Shown here one piece after another: positions 19,289-29,123 of a stretch of DNA of 42,012 bases. The stretch lies in assembly GCA_036339465.1 (NCBI GenBank), contig JAYZAY010000038.1, positions 1 to 42,012 of the forward strand, read 5' to 3'. The position numbers were made by a program, and so were the translations under genes. How positions within the stretch are numbered: the first letter of the stretch is position 1; each line of letters opens with the position of its first letter. Source of the DNA: Myxococcota bacterium. GTDB taxonomy: Bacteria > Myxococcota > XYA12-FULL-58-9 > JABJBS01. The notes beneath the pieces are model-generated. The model was not told the origin of the DNA. It was given only the letters and a program-made list of their open reading frames with translations, and ran no database searches.

Positions 19289-20815
19289 TCAAGACTCCAT
19301 ACTTCCTCGAACAAAGTCATAGGATTCCCTGTGATAATCGCGTCGTGAAATAGGATAAATCGTCGTATCCCACTTTACTTCAAGTGACTCCAGAGACTCA
19401 CTTTGATTATCAAAGATAAAATTAGCAACGTCGGGATGTAAATTGACAAGGAAGGATCTCGCAATCTTTCTCCTAAGTTCCACATCTATTCGTCGCAGCA
19501 CTTCATTCGCGATTGTTTCGGTACTCTTAATATCACCACTGCCCCGGCAATATGGGCAATGATCTAGTAACATCCGATTCAAACTCGGCCGAACTCGCTT
19601 TCTTGTCATTTCCACCAAACCAAGTTCACTCATCCGAACAATTTTAATTTTTGAGCGGTCATAACTCATCGCTTCTTCAAGAGCATTGTACACCTTCTCT
19701 TGATTCTCAACCTTACTCATATCAATAAAATCCACGATGATAATGCCACCCAAATTCCTTAAACGAACTTGGTGGGCAATCTCCCTTACCGCTTCGAGGT
19801 TTGTATGAGTAATGGTGTCTTCGAGATTCGTGGTCCCCACATATCGACCCGAATTAACATCAACAACGGTCAAAGCCTCTGCTTCGTCAATGACTAAAGA
19901 ACCGCCACTTTTCAGCCATACGACACGTTGCAGTGCCCGACTCAACTCAACTTCAATACCGAAACGGTCGAAAATCGGCTCAGTGCCCTCGAAGAGTTGA
20001 ACACTCTTTTCGCGATGGGGTGCAAATCCCCGAATAAAACTCTTGACCTGTTGGAAAGAAGAAAAATCATCAACATAGATATCTCCAACATCGTCGGAGA
20101 ATAAATCACGAACAATTCTGATCTCAAGCGATAGGTCGGAGTAAAGTAAACTGGGGCAAGCCGCCTTCGAAATACACTTCTCAATACCTCGCCAACAAGT
20201 AATTAAACTCTCTGCTTCACTGGAAAGATCATCCAAACTGGCTCCTTCGGCCGCAGTTCGTGCAATAAACCCCACTCCTTCAACGCGAATTGACTCAAGA
20301 ATACCTCTTAATCTCTCCCGCTCCTCAACATCCACAATTCTTTGGGAAATCCCCAAATGATTCGTTTCACACATCAAAACAATAAAGCGGCCTGGAATCG
20401 TTAATTGCCGCGTAACTCGAGGACCTTTCGTACCCAAAGGGTCCTTTTTAACTTGAACGAGAATTTCCTCATTCGCCTTTACCAAATCCGCAATACGCAA
20501 ATCTTTTTTCGGAGATTCTCCCTCCTCATTCGACTCACGACCATAATCCTTGCAATTGGGACCTAGGTCCTCTGTCCCTTGCCCTAAAGTCACTGCATCA
20601 TCGACAAAGAGAAAGCCGTTGCGCTCATGACCGATGTTAACGAAAGCCGCTTGCATTCCGGGTAAAACCCGAGCAACTCTAGCTTTATAGATATTACCAA
20701 CCATGCTCTGAACAAGCTCTCTTTCGAGGTGGACTTCCACTGGCTGTCCCGCTTCAACCAGAGCAACACGAGTTTCACAGGGAGAAACATTAATCACTAA
20801 AGAAGAAGTAGACAT
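19289..20815 (-). CDS. rng: ribonuclease G (Rne/Rng family, catalytic domain only)
   Basis: GNIYKARV, PGMQAAFV, KDPLGTKGPR, LKSGGSLVI, VDVNSG, TNLEA, RLRNLGGIIIVDFIDM, GLVEMTRKR, CPYC. Confidence 0.92.
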   Translation of the reverse strand: MSTSSLVINVSPCETRVALVEAGQPVEVHLERELVQSMVGNIYKARVARVLPGMQAAFVNIGHERNGFLFVDDAVTLGQGTEDLGPNCKDYGRESNEEGESPKKDLRIADLVKANEEILVQVKKDPLGTKGPRVTRQLTIPGRFIVLMCETNHLGISQRIVDVEERERLRGILESIRVEGVGFIARTAAEGASLDDLSSEAESLITCWRGIEKCISKAACPSLLYSDLSLEIRIVRDLFSDDVGDIYVDDFSSFQQVKSFIRGFAPHREKSVQLFEGTEPIFDRFGIEVELSRALQRVVWLKSGGSLVIDEAEALTVVDVNSGRYVGTTNLEDTITHTNLEAVREIAHQVRLRNLGGIIIVDFIDMSKVENQEKVYNALEEAMSYDRSKIKIVRMSELGLVEMTRKRVRPSLNRMLLDHCPYCRGSGDIKSTETIANEVLRRIDVELRRKIARSFLVNLHPDVANFIFDNQSESLESLEVKWDTTIYPISRRDYHRESYDFVRGSMES

Positions 20816-21001
20816 TTAACCCAACCTTGCCTTTATCATCGTCCCTATCCTGCCCTACAACGTGGACAAAATCATTGCTCAACCTCAGCTACCTTACCCA
20901 ATATTCTAGCACCTTGCTAATTTCATTGAACCACAAAGCCAACAACACATTGGGCATTTAGACCTTCTTGTTTATCTGCGCTTTCCGGTCTAAAGTTCGA
21001 C

Positions 21002-22666
21002 ATGATTTTGGAGCCTAAAGAAATAAGGATTTTGCCCATAGGAGGATTCAATGAAGTCGGTGGAAATATGGTTTGTTACGAGACAACCCAAGACCTGATT
21101 GTCATTGACTGCGGCATCATGTTTCCCGCCCCCAATGCTTACGGCTGTGATAAACTCGCAGTGGACCTCAGTTATCTACGCCAAAACCGCGATAAATTGA
21201 GGGGTTTTTTTATTACCCATGGCCATGAGGATCACGTTGGAGCACTTCCCTTCGCAATCAACGATTTCGACGTCCCCATCTATGGCTCAGATTTCACCCT
21301 TGATTTAATTCGAGAAAAATTTGACCACCATAAAATCACCTTCACCCAATACAGGCCGCTTCAACCTCGAGAACAGACAATCTTCAAATCATTGAAAGTC
21401 GAAGCTATCTCCATCACACACTCGATCCCAGAATGTTTCGCGTTTGCCATCCACAGTGACGCGGGCACCCTCATTCATACCGGGGATTTTAAACTCGACG
21501 AAAACCCCATCGACAAGCGTAAAACAGATATAGAGCGACTCTCTCAATTAGGCGAAAAAGGCGTATTAGCACTCATTTCGGACTCGACAAATGCCACCAG
21601 AGATGGCCACACACAACCAGAAAAAGAAGTCCATAAGAACTTAACCAAGGTCATCAGCCAAGCACCCGGTCGAGTTTTTACGACTCTTTTTGCAAGTCAC
21701 TGTCACCGCATTCAAGGCTTGATTGAGGCAGCTGAAGCCAATAACCGCCACGTTATTCCCATGGGTCGTAGCGTCCATAGGTTTCTCGAATTAGGAAAGA
21801 GAAACAATCAAATATTTGCACGACAAGACACGATAAAACCACTTCGACTATTACGAAAACTGCCTCCGGAACAAGTTCTCGTGTTGCTCACAGGATGCCA
21901 AGGAGAGCCTAAAAGCGCATCCTGGAGACTGGCATACGGCCAAGACCGAGAATTGAACCCAAACTCTGGAGATACCTTCATTTTCTCCTCCCGGACCATC
22001 CCCGGAAACGAAATTCCAATCTCGCGAATGACCGACCAGCTTCTCAAGCGCGGGGTCAATGTCATCAATGCCCACGACCAAGAAATCCATACCTCGGGGC
22101 ATGCCCATAAAGACGAACTCAGAGAAATATTAAACTATTGTAAACCCCAATACTTTATTCCCGGCCATGGCACCATCAAGCTCATCCGAGCACATGCCCA
22201 GATCGCTTTCAACGAAGGTTGGAATCCAAAAAATGTATTTATTCTGGAAAATGGACACCCCCTCAGGTTAAACACCGACGACGCCATATTGGAAAAGAGC
22301 ATTCCCATCAGCTTCACCCCCATCGAAGCTGACTCTAACCAAATCATTCAACTGGAAACACGGTTAACCAGAACCGACATGGCCAAACACGGCTGCGTCG
22401 CACTCACGATCTTTGAAACACAAAACGCAACCCTCTTAGAACTTGTCGCAATTTCCTGCATCGGAGTGGTAAACCCTCAAGAGGCAGAAGGACTGGAAAA
22501 ATCGCTCATGCAGTATCTAAAAACGGAATCGAAATCAGTAGATGCTGATTCCGTAGAAGAAGCCGTGCCAAAACTTCAAACAATGGTTCGTAGCGTCATC
22601 CGAAGACGCTACAACAAAAATCCATATGTTCATATTTCGGTCGTTGACTCACTACCAGCAAACTAA
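21002..22666 (+). CDS. rnj: ribonuclease J
   Basis: GGFNEVGGNM, DCGIMFP, THGHEDHVGA, THSIP, HTGDFK, DSTNA, GCQGEP, IPGNE, HTSGHA, PGHG. Confidence 0.93.
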   Translation: MILEPKEIRILPIGGFNEVGGNMVCYETTQDLIVIDCGIMFPAPNAYGCDKLAVDLSYLRQNRDKLRGFFITHGHEDHVGALPFAINDFDVPIYGSDFTLDLIREKFDHHKITFTQYRPLQPREQTIFKSLKVEAISITHSIPECFAFAIHSDAGTLIHTGDFKLDENPIDKRKTDIERLSQLGEKGVLALISDSTNATRDGHTQPEKEVHKNLTKVISQAPGRVFTTLFASHCHRIQGLIEAAEANNRHVIPMGRSVHRFLELGKRNNQIFARQDTIKPLRLLRKLPPEQVLVLLTGCQGEPKSASWRLAYGQDRELNPNSGDTFIFSSRTIPGNEIPISRMTDQLLKRGVNVINAHDQEIHTSGHAHKDELREILNYCKPQYFIPGHGTIKLIRAHAQIAFNEGWNPKNVFILENGHPLRLNTDDAILEKSIPISFTPIEADSNQIIQLETRLTRTDMAKHGCVALTIFETQNATLLELVAISCIGVVNPQEAEGLEKSLMQYLKTESKSVDADSVEEAVPKLQTMVRSVIRRRYNKNPYVHISVVDSLPAN

Positions 22667-23514
22667 CGCGGCCCGCCCAAATATGAAAGGATCTTCTTCT
22701 TTGCTTCAGCAATCTTGGTTAAATCCAATGATACTTCTGCACCGGCCTTACGAAGAGTCTCAACGACCACAGAAGTCGCCACATTGCCTGCAGCGCCCGG
22801 CGCATAAGGACAACCCCCGATGCCACCCGTACATGAATCAAAGGTTTCAATACCAAGCTCATAAGAAGCCAAAACATTTTCGCAAGCCCGGCCATAGGTG
22901 TCATGAAAATGCATCGACAACTTCGATGTGGGGCAATCCACAAGCAAAACCTCGAGCAAACGGCGAACTTCATCGGGAGATGCCTTGCCTATGGTATCTC
23001 CAATAGAGACATCAACCACACCCATGTCGAGAAGGCGACTGACAACCGGAGCGACCACCTTGGGCTCAATAAATCCCTCATAGGGACACCAAAAGGAAGT
23101 GGAAACATAGCCGCGAATCGGGATCCCCAAACGAGCCGCTTCTTTTATCACCGGGCCCAATCGGTCAAAAGAACCCTCAATATCGGTATTGATGTTTTTA
23201 CGATTAAAAGAATCACTCGCCGCTGTGAAAACGGCCAATTTATCCACTTTTAAACCAACTGCCCGCTCCAATCCGATCAAATTTGGCACCAATGCAGAAT
23301 AAGAAACGCCATCAACCCGGTCGATCGCGGAAAAAACTTCAGCCGCATCCTTCAATTGAGGAACCCATTTAGGAGACACAAATGCTGATACCTCAATTTC
23401 AGTTGTCCCGGTGTATGAAAGAACATTCACAAATCCCACTTTCGCTTCAGTTGGGACGAAAACTTTTTCGTTTTGGAGACCATCTCTCGGCCCCACTTCA
23501 ACAATTCGAATCAC
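22663..23514 (-). CDS. liuE: hydroxymethylglutaryl-CoA lyase
   Basis: EVGPRDGLQNE, FVSPKWVPQ, GDTIG, HFHDTYG, GGCPYAPGAAGNVAT. GTG start overlaps the upstream stop. Confidence 0.93.
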   Translation of the reverse strand: MIRIVEVGPRDGLQNEKVFVPTEAKVGFVNVLSYTGTTEIEVSAFVSPKWVPQLKDAAEVFSAIDRVDGVSYSALVPNLIGLERAVGLKVDKLAVFTAASDSFNRKNINTDIEGSFDRLGPVIKEAARLGIPIRGYVSTSFWCPYEGFIEPKVVAPVVSRLLDMGVVDVSIGDTIGKASPDEVRRLLEVLLVDCPTSKLSMHFHDTYGRACENVLASYELGIETFDSCTGGIGGCPYAPGAAGNVATSVVVETLRKAGAEVSLDLTKIAEAKKKILSYLGGPR

Positions 23515-23873
23515 GCTTCCCCCAAAACAACCAATTCCTGCCCTAAATCAACCAGGTCTTCTATTTGACAAGCAATTCGTTCCACCCTGCCCCCTTTCAG
23601 AGCCTTAAGACGATATTCCATTTTCATCGCTTCGAGCACCAAGACCTCGTCCCCATTTTCGACCAGGTCACCTAAAGCAACCTTCACTTCAATCACTTTC
23701 GCCGTCATGGGTGCCCGAATCGCATCATCCTTCGCCTTTTCCCTCGCTCCCCGTTCTTCGGGAACCACAAAACAAGAACCACCTCTCCAACTCAGCCAGG
23801 TGCCCCCACCAACCCGAGCCAATGCAATTCGATGCCGACTCCCACCTTCTTCAATAATTCGCCACTTCATCAA
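23511..23873 (-). CDS. biotin carboxyl carrier subunit (C-terminal part of a split methylcrotonyl-CoA carboxylase alpha subunit)
   Basis: IRAPM and the biotinylation motif LEAMKME; ATGA overlap with the upstream biotin carboxylase gene. Confidence 0.88.
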   Translation of the reverse strand: MMKWRIIEEGGSRHRIALARVGGGTWLSWRGGSCFVVPEERGAREKAKDDAIRAPMTAKVIEVKVALGDLVENGDEVLVLEAMKMEYRLKALKGGRVERIACQIEDLVDLGQELVVLGEA

Positions 23874-25312
23874 CCAATCCTAAAGCGTCCCAAATCGACC
23901 CAAGGCGAAGACTGCTCGGCTTCACTTCCGATAGATTTGGTTGGTTTATAACTTTTCGCCTCGGCCACAAGTCCCTCAAGAAATGTGGGGATCGCAGACT
24001 CTTCAAAAGTTTCTGTATCAATGGTCGTTGTGTAGGTTTCTCCTGCCACAAAGAAATCTCGATCGAGGATATCCGAGAGAAAATGCTGATTCGTTCGTAC
24101 ACCCAAAATAGATATCTCTAAAAGAGCTCCCCGTAGGCGATTTCTCGCTTCTTGCCGAGTCGCACCATAAGCAATGACCTTGGCAATCATTGAATCATAA
24201 TGAGGAGTCACTTCCGAGCCTTGTTCAACCCCAGAATCAATCCGAACTTGAGGCCAATGGGGGAAAGATAAACCCTCCAAAACTCCTACTTGCGGTAAAT
24301 ACCCTTGATAAGGATCTTCTGCATTTAAACGCGCTTCTATAGCATATCCCCTTGGCCTAGGTATCGCAGAGGCCAAGCCACCAAATGCAATCCGAATTTG
24401 CTCCGCAACCAAATCCATGCCTGTAATGAATTCAGTCACCGGGTGCTCCACCTGTAGGCGAGTATTCACTTCAAGAAAATAATGCGAGCCATCGGGTCCG
24501 ACCAAAAATTCTACCGTACCCGCACCTTCATAACCAACCGCCATCAATAATTTGGTGACGTCCCGGTAGAGGCGGCTACGGGTCTCGTCGGTAATCGAAC
24601 TCGCCGGTGCCTCCTCAATAACTTTTTGGTAACGACGCTGCAAACTACATTCACGCTCTCCAACAATGTGAATACCTGTGGAATCTCCTAAAACCTGCAC
24701 TTCAATGTGCCTTGCAGGATAGATATACTTTTCAATCAGCAAACGACCATCACCAAAAGAAGACTCAGCTTCACGCCTGGCCGACTCGAAGGCTCCGTCT
24801 AATTCGTCTAAGCAAGATGCCCGGCGCATCCCCTTCCCGCCACCACCCGCAGCTGCTTTTAATAGAATTGGATAGCCGAGGGTTCCTGCAATGGATTGCG
24901 CATCCTCTGGCGATTCACATTTCTCCGCACCCGGTATCAGAGAAACCCCCACAGACTCCGCCAGGATCCTCGCTTCTCGTTTGTCCCCAAATGCGGACAT
25001 CGATTTCATCGATGGGCCGATGAAAGTGATAGAGGCATCCATACAGGCTTGGGCAAACTTCACATTCTCCGCCAAGAATCCATAGCCAGGATGAATACCA
25101 TGAACCCCATTTTCTTTCGCAATTTCGATAATTTCTCCGATATCCAAGTAACCACGATTGTTCGTGAGCGGGAATGCCTCATCGGCAAGCCACACGTGTG
25201 GTGCATTCTCATCAGCGGGCGAATAGACAGCCACCGAAGAAATATCCAATTCCCGTAAAGTCTTCAAAACACGACACGCGATTTCACCTCGATTCGCGAT
25301 GAGAATTTTCAT
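23870..25312 (-). CDS. liuD: biotin carboxylase (methylcrotonyl-CoA carboxylase alpha, N-terminal part; LiuD-like)
   Basis: KILIANRGEIACR, IHPGYGFLAEN, GGGGKGMR, ERECSLQRRYQK, EVNTRLQVEHPVTE, YDSMIAK. No biotinyl domain in this ORF. Confidence 0.85.
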   Translation of the reverse strand: MKILIANRGEIACRVLKTLRELDISSVAVYSPADENAPHVWLADEAFPLTNNRGYLDIGEIIEIAKENGVHGIHPGYGFLAENVKFAQACMDASITFIGPSMKSMSAFGDKREARILAESVGVSLIPGAEKCESPEDAQSIAGTLGYPILLKAAAGGGGKGMRRASCLDELDGAFESARREAESSFGDGRLLIEKYIYPARHIEVQVLGDSTGIHIVGERECSLQRRYQKVIEEAPASSITDETRSRLYRDVTKLLMAVGYEGAGTVEFLVGPDGSHYFLEVNTRLQVEHPVTEFITGMDLVAEQIRIAFGGLASAIPRPRGYAIEARLNAEDPYQGYLPQVGVLEGLSFPHWPQVRIDSGVEQGSEVTPHYDSMIAKVIAYGATRQEARNRLRGALLEISILGVRTNQHFLSDILDRDFFVAGETYTTTIDTETFEESAIPTFLEGLVAEAKSYKPTKSIGSEAEQSSPWVDLGRFRIG

Positions 25313-26079
25313 TTCCATTGCGGTTTCCTTTTTTCCAAAAACGCAGTCAAACCCTCTTGCCCTTCACTAGAAACCCGTCGCTCAGCAATGGCACCGGCGG
25401 CATATTCTAGGGCATCCGAAAGTTCCTTTCGCTTTGTTACTTCAAAGACCAATCGTTTCGCATGGGCAATCGCTTCCGGCCCATTTTCCAGAATACGCGC
25501 ACACAACACTTCGATAACATCATCCAGCTCATCAAAAGAAACACACTCATGGACGAGCCCCATATCCCGGGCTCGATCTGCGAGAAAAATTTCCGCCGTT
25601 GTAAAGTATCGACGGGCCTGGGAAGCACCAATCTTTTCAATCACAAAGGGTGAAATAACGGCCGGGATGAGTCCTAAACGAACTTCGGTTAAACCGAATT
25701 TGCATTCCTGGCAGGCCACCGCAATATCCGATGCCGCCACAAGCCCCAGACCACCACCTAACGCTGCGCCATGAACCCTCGCAATAACAATGCCTGGCCA
25801 ATGACGTATCGTCGCAAAAAGCGATGCCAATTCTCTGGAATCCGCAACATTCTCCGCCTGGGTATATTCAATGGTGGAGCGCATCCAATTCAAATCAGCG
25901 CCAGCACAAAAGGTCTTGCCATTCCCTGACAAAACCACAACTTTCACCTCCTTATCCAGCCCCATAAAGAAGTTCTTGAGCTCAGCAATCAGTTCGTCGT
26001 TGAATGCGTTACGAACCTCGGGCCGATTAAGACTGACATTGATCCTCGCTCCACTTTTCTTAATTTCAAGATACTTCAT
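25309..26079 (-). CDS. liuC: methylglutaconyl-CoA hydratase (crotonase family)
   Basis: LNRPEVRNAFN, FCAGADLNWM, GAALGGGLGL, EVRLGLIPAVISPFV, EGQEGLTAFLEKRKP; liu context. Confidence 0.88.
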   Translation of the reverse strand: MKYLEIKKSGARINVSLNRPEVRNAFNDELIAELKNFFMGLDKEVKVVVLSGNGKTFCAGADLNWMRSTIEYTQAENVADSRELASLFATIRHWPGIVIARVHGAALGGGLGLVAASDIAVACQECKFGLTEVRLGLIPAVISPFVIEKIGASQARRYFTTAEIFLADRARDMGLVHECVSFDELDDVIEVLCARILENGPEAIAHAKRLVFEVTKRKELSDALEYAAGAIAERRVSSEGQEGLTAFLEKRKPQWK

Positions 26080-26088
26080 TGCTTATCC

Positions 26089-27696
26089 CTACATCCTAAA
26101 CACGGGGCTGGCTCCTCTTTCAACGGGAGCATTCAAGCAGGCCGACAAAGCTAAACCTATAATTTCTCGACTCTGGAGTGGAGAGATAATGCCATCATCC
26201 CATAGTCGGGCACTGCCATAATACGCATCACTCTCACGCGCGTATTTATCCAATACCGGTTGACGTATTTTATTTTCCTCTTCCACAGATAGCGCCTCAC
26301 CCATCCGCTCTTTTTGTTCTTTCTTCACTTGAACAAGAACATTGGCTGCCTGCTCTGCTCCCATCACTGAGACTTTACTATTGGGCCACAAAAACAAAAA
26401 CCTTGGCAAATAGCCACGACCACACATAGCGTAGGTGCCGGCTCCATGGGACGCCCCAATCACCAAGGTAATGCGAGGCACCGTCGCCGTAGCGACCGCT
26501 TGAACCATTTTAGCACCGTGCTTGGCAATACCACCCTCTTCGTAGCGCTTACCCACCATAAAACCGGTAATATTTTGTAGAAAGACCAAGGGAATTCGTC
26601 TTTGATTACAGAGTTGAATAAAATGAGCCCCCTTCATCGCAGATTCGCTAAAAAGAACGCCGTTGTTGGCGACAATACCGACGGGATACCCCATCCACCG
26701 AGCGAAACCACAAACCAGCGTAGAACCATAATTCGCCTTGAATTCCTGAAAACGTGAACCATCCACAAGGCGTATGATAACTTCGTGAACATCATAGGGC
26801 GTCTTGGGATCTGCGGGAATGATCCCCAGCAAATCCTCTGCTGAATATTTCGGAGGTTCGACTTCAATTTCATCCAGTCGCGACTTGGGAATGGGATTTA
26901 GATTTTCGATGATGTTCCTGCATCGGTGCAGCGCCTCCTCTTCGTCCACAGCTAAATGGTCAGTCACCCCAGACACTCGAGAATGCATCGCCGCGCCACC
27001 GAGCTCTTCGGCGGTAACAATTTCGCCAGTGGCGGCTCGGACCAGAGGCGGTCCACCTAGGTAAATTGTCCCATTTCCTTCAACGATAATGTTCTCATCA
27101 GCCATGGCAGGCACATAGGCGCCGCCGGCGGTACACATCCCTAAAACCACCGCTATTTGCGCAACCCCCTCCGAAGACATCACTGCTTGATTGTAGAAGA
27201 TACGACCAAAATGTTCTTTGTCCGGAAACACTTCATCCTGGAGAGGTAAGAAAGCCCCCCCGGAATCCACCAAATAGATACAAGGCAATCTATTCTCACG
27301 GGCAATTTCTTGAGCCCGAATATGTTTTTTCACCGTTTCCGGGAAATAGGTCCCCCCCTTGACCGTAGAATCATTGGCAACAATCATACATTCCCGACCA
27401 CTCACCATGCCGATACCCGTCACAATCCCAGCAGAAGGCACCTCATTGTTATGACGCTCCCAAGCAGCAAACGGTGAAAGTTCAAGAAAAGGGGTATCGG
27501 AATCCAGGAGTTTATCAATACGCTCACGGGCGAGGAATTTTCCCCGGTCTCTCTGGGTCTTGATTGCTTTTTTAGTGCCACCCCTTTGAACTTGCTTCAA
27601 CCGCTCACGAAATAGAGTAAGCAGAGATTGGTTCATCGTTCGGTTTTTTTGGAATGAAGAAGAGTTAGAATCGGTATTGCTATTCAAATGGTCCAT
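26089..27696 (-). CDS. liuB: methylcrotonyl-CoA carboxylase beta (carboxyltransferase) subunit
   Basis: [66 protein letters not shown]. Start placed at ATG 27696. Confidence 0.92.
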   Translation of the reverse strand: MDHLNSNTDSNSSSFQKNRTMNQSLLTLFRERLKQVQRGGTKKAIKTQRDRGKFLARERIDKLLDSDTPFLELSPFAAWERHNNEVPSAGIVTGIGMVSGRECMIVANDSTVKGGTYFPETVKKHIRAQEIARENRLPCIYLVDSGGAFLPLQDEVFPDKEHFGRIFYNQAVMSSEGVAQIAVVLGMCTAGGAYVPAMADENIIVEGNGTIYLGGPPLVRAATGEIVTAEELGGAAMHSRVSGVTDHLAVDEEEALHRCRNIIENLNPIPKSRLDEIEVEPPKYSAEDLLGIIPADPKTPYDVHEVIIRLVDGSRFQEFKANYGSTLVCGFARWMGYPVGIVANNGVLFSESAMKGAHFIQLCNQRRIPLVFLQNITGFMVGKRYEEGGIAKHGAKMVQAVATATVPRITLVIGASHGAGTYAMCGRGYLPRFLFLWPNSKVSVMGAEQAANVLVQVKKEQKERMGEALSVEEENKIRQPVLDKYARESDAYYGSARLWDDGIISPLQSREIIGLALSACLNAPVERGASPVFRM

Positions 27697-27780
27697 CGCG
27701 AAGGTGAAAGCAAAACTTTCCCCAGAGTTCAAGGCGGAGTGCGTCGATTTTACGCCTCAGACCGCAATCTTGGACCATCC

Positions 27781-28872
27781 TCAAAGAAAGTTGTGAAAAA
27801 TAGAGGGATTAGCACGGGCATATTCGATCAAGATCGGAAGATATAACGCCAAATCTGGACATTGAATTTCAGTGGCGTTCAAACTATCGACGGTATTTTG
27901 GGTGTCAAAGGTCACCGGATGATTGAAATAGACCATCGCCTCCTTCGGGATCTGGACAAGCCGCTCCACGTGCCGAAAATTCATCGCTAAATTCGCCAGT
28001 GCCAGGGGCATTTTTCCTGCAATTGGCGCTCGGTCAAGAGCTTCGACCGCCAAATCCATCACTTGACCGGCTGTTTTGGGACACGGATCAGCCAACTGAT
28101 AAACCCTCTTCTCACACTCTTTTCCACCCTGAGAAATAGTGGCCATCGCACTGACGAGAAAATCCACGGGGACAAGATTCACCGGGGCATCACTGTCTCC
28201 AATATTAACCATGGGGAGCCAAGGGGGTAAACGCATCAGAAGATTAAACATAAAATACGGCCCATCTCCCTTAATCGTCTCTCCGGTACGAGAATCACCC
28301 ACCACTATCGCCGGGCGAAAAATCGTGGTCGGAACATGCTCCCACCGCTCCTGTACCAATTTCTCTGCCCAAAATTTCGTGGTTTCATAATGATTCTTGA
28401 ACTCTTGACCCAAATCCAATTCATGCTCAAAAACTGCGCCGGTTCGATTCCCGGCAACATAGCAGCTTGAGATATACAAAAGCCGCTTTAAATTTGGTAG
28501 CGTCTCACAGTAATCTAAAACCCGACTCGTTCCCACGACGTTCACATCATAAGCAATCGTCAACGCAACGCTCAACTCATAAACAGCTGCTAGGTGCCAG
28601 ACATGGGTAATCCCCTTATTGAAGCGGGCCCGGTCATCGGGACCCATACCCATATTTGGCTCGCGAATATCCCCCAAAACGACCGAGAATGTACCTTTGA
28701 ATTCTGGACAGGCCGCTCTGATATCCCGCACCCTTCTATTGGCCATGTCCTGCATGTGGGGCTGAACCAAGAGAACAAACTGGCTCTTGGGCTGATGAGC
28801 CACCAATTCTTTAATCAGCCTGCCAGCAATAAACCCAGGAAATCCCGTCACGAGAATCATTGAATCCGCCAT
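27781..28872 (-). CDS. extended SDR oxidoreductase (thioester-reductase/male-sterility-like)
   Basis: GAGGAGG RBS before ATG 28872; TGFPGFIA Rossmann motif, HLAAVY, NVVGT, YETTK (YxxxK), RPAIVVG. Confidence 0.85.
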   Translation of the reverse strand: MADSMILVTGFPGFIAGRLIKELVAHQPKSQFVLLVQPHMQDMANRRVRDIRAACPEFKGTFSVVLGDIREPNMGMGPDDRARFNKGITHVWHLAAVYELSVALTIAYDVNVVGTSRVLDYCETLPNLKRLLYISSCYVAGNRTGAVFEHELDLGQEFKNHYETTKFWAEKLVQERWEHVPTTIFRPAIVVGDSRTGETIKGDGPYFMFNLLMRLPPWLPMVNIGDSDAPVNLVPVDFLVSAMATISQGGKECEKRVYQLADPCPKTAGQVMDLAVEALDRAPIAGKMPLALANLAMNFRHVERLVQIPKEAMVYFNHPVTFDTQNTVDSLNATEIQCPDLALYLPILIEYARANPSIFHNFL

Positions 28873-29123
28873 CGTTTCCTCCTCATAGATCGTCATTCCT
28901 GAAAACCAAGGGCACCCACCCTGGCCCATGTCCCCCCGATCTGCAACCCTAAAAAAAGTCCCCCTTGAAAATGATTTTCGGCGTAAATGATGCACAATTA
29001 GATGATTTTTTATCCAACTCTATTGATTTTAGCTCCTTTGAGCCATTTTAATGTGAAATGTGAACTAGTTTATTCATTTTCAATTCTGGATACCTATGTT
29101 GGCTCGGTGGAGAACAAATACCT

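Noticed and set aside
28910..28930. sigma54 promoter for the SDR-liu operon
   Set aside because: The best match (GG-ccagggtgggt-GC) has N11 spacing.
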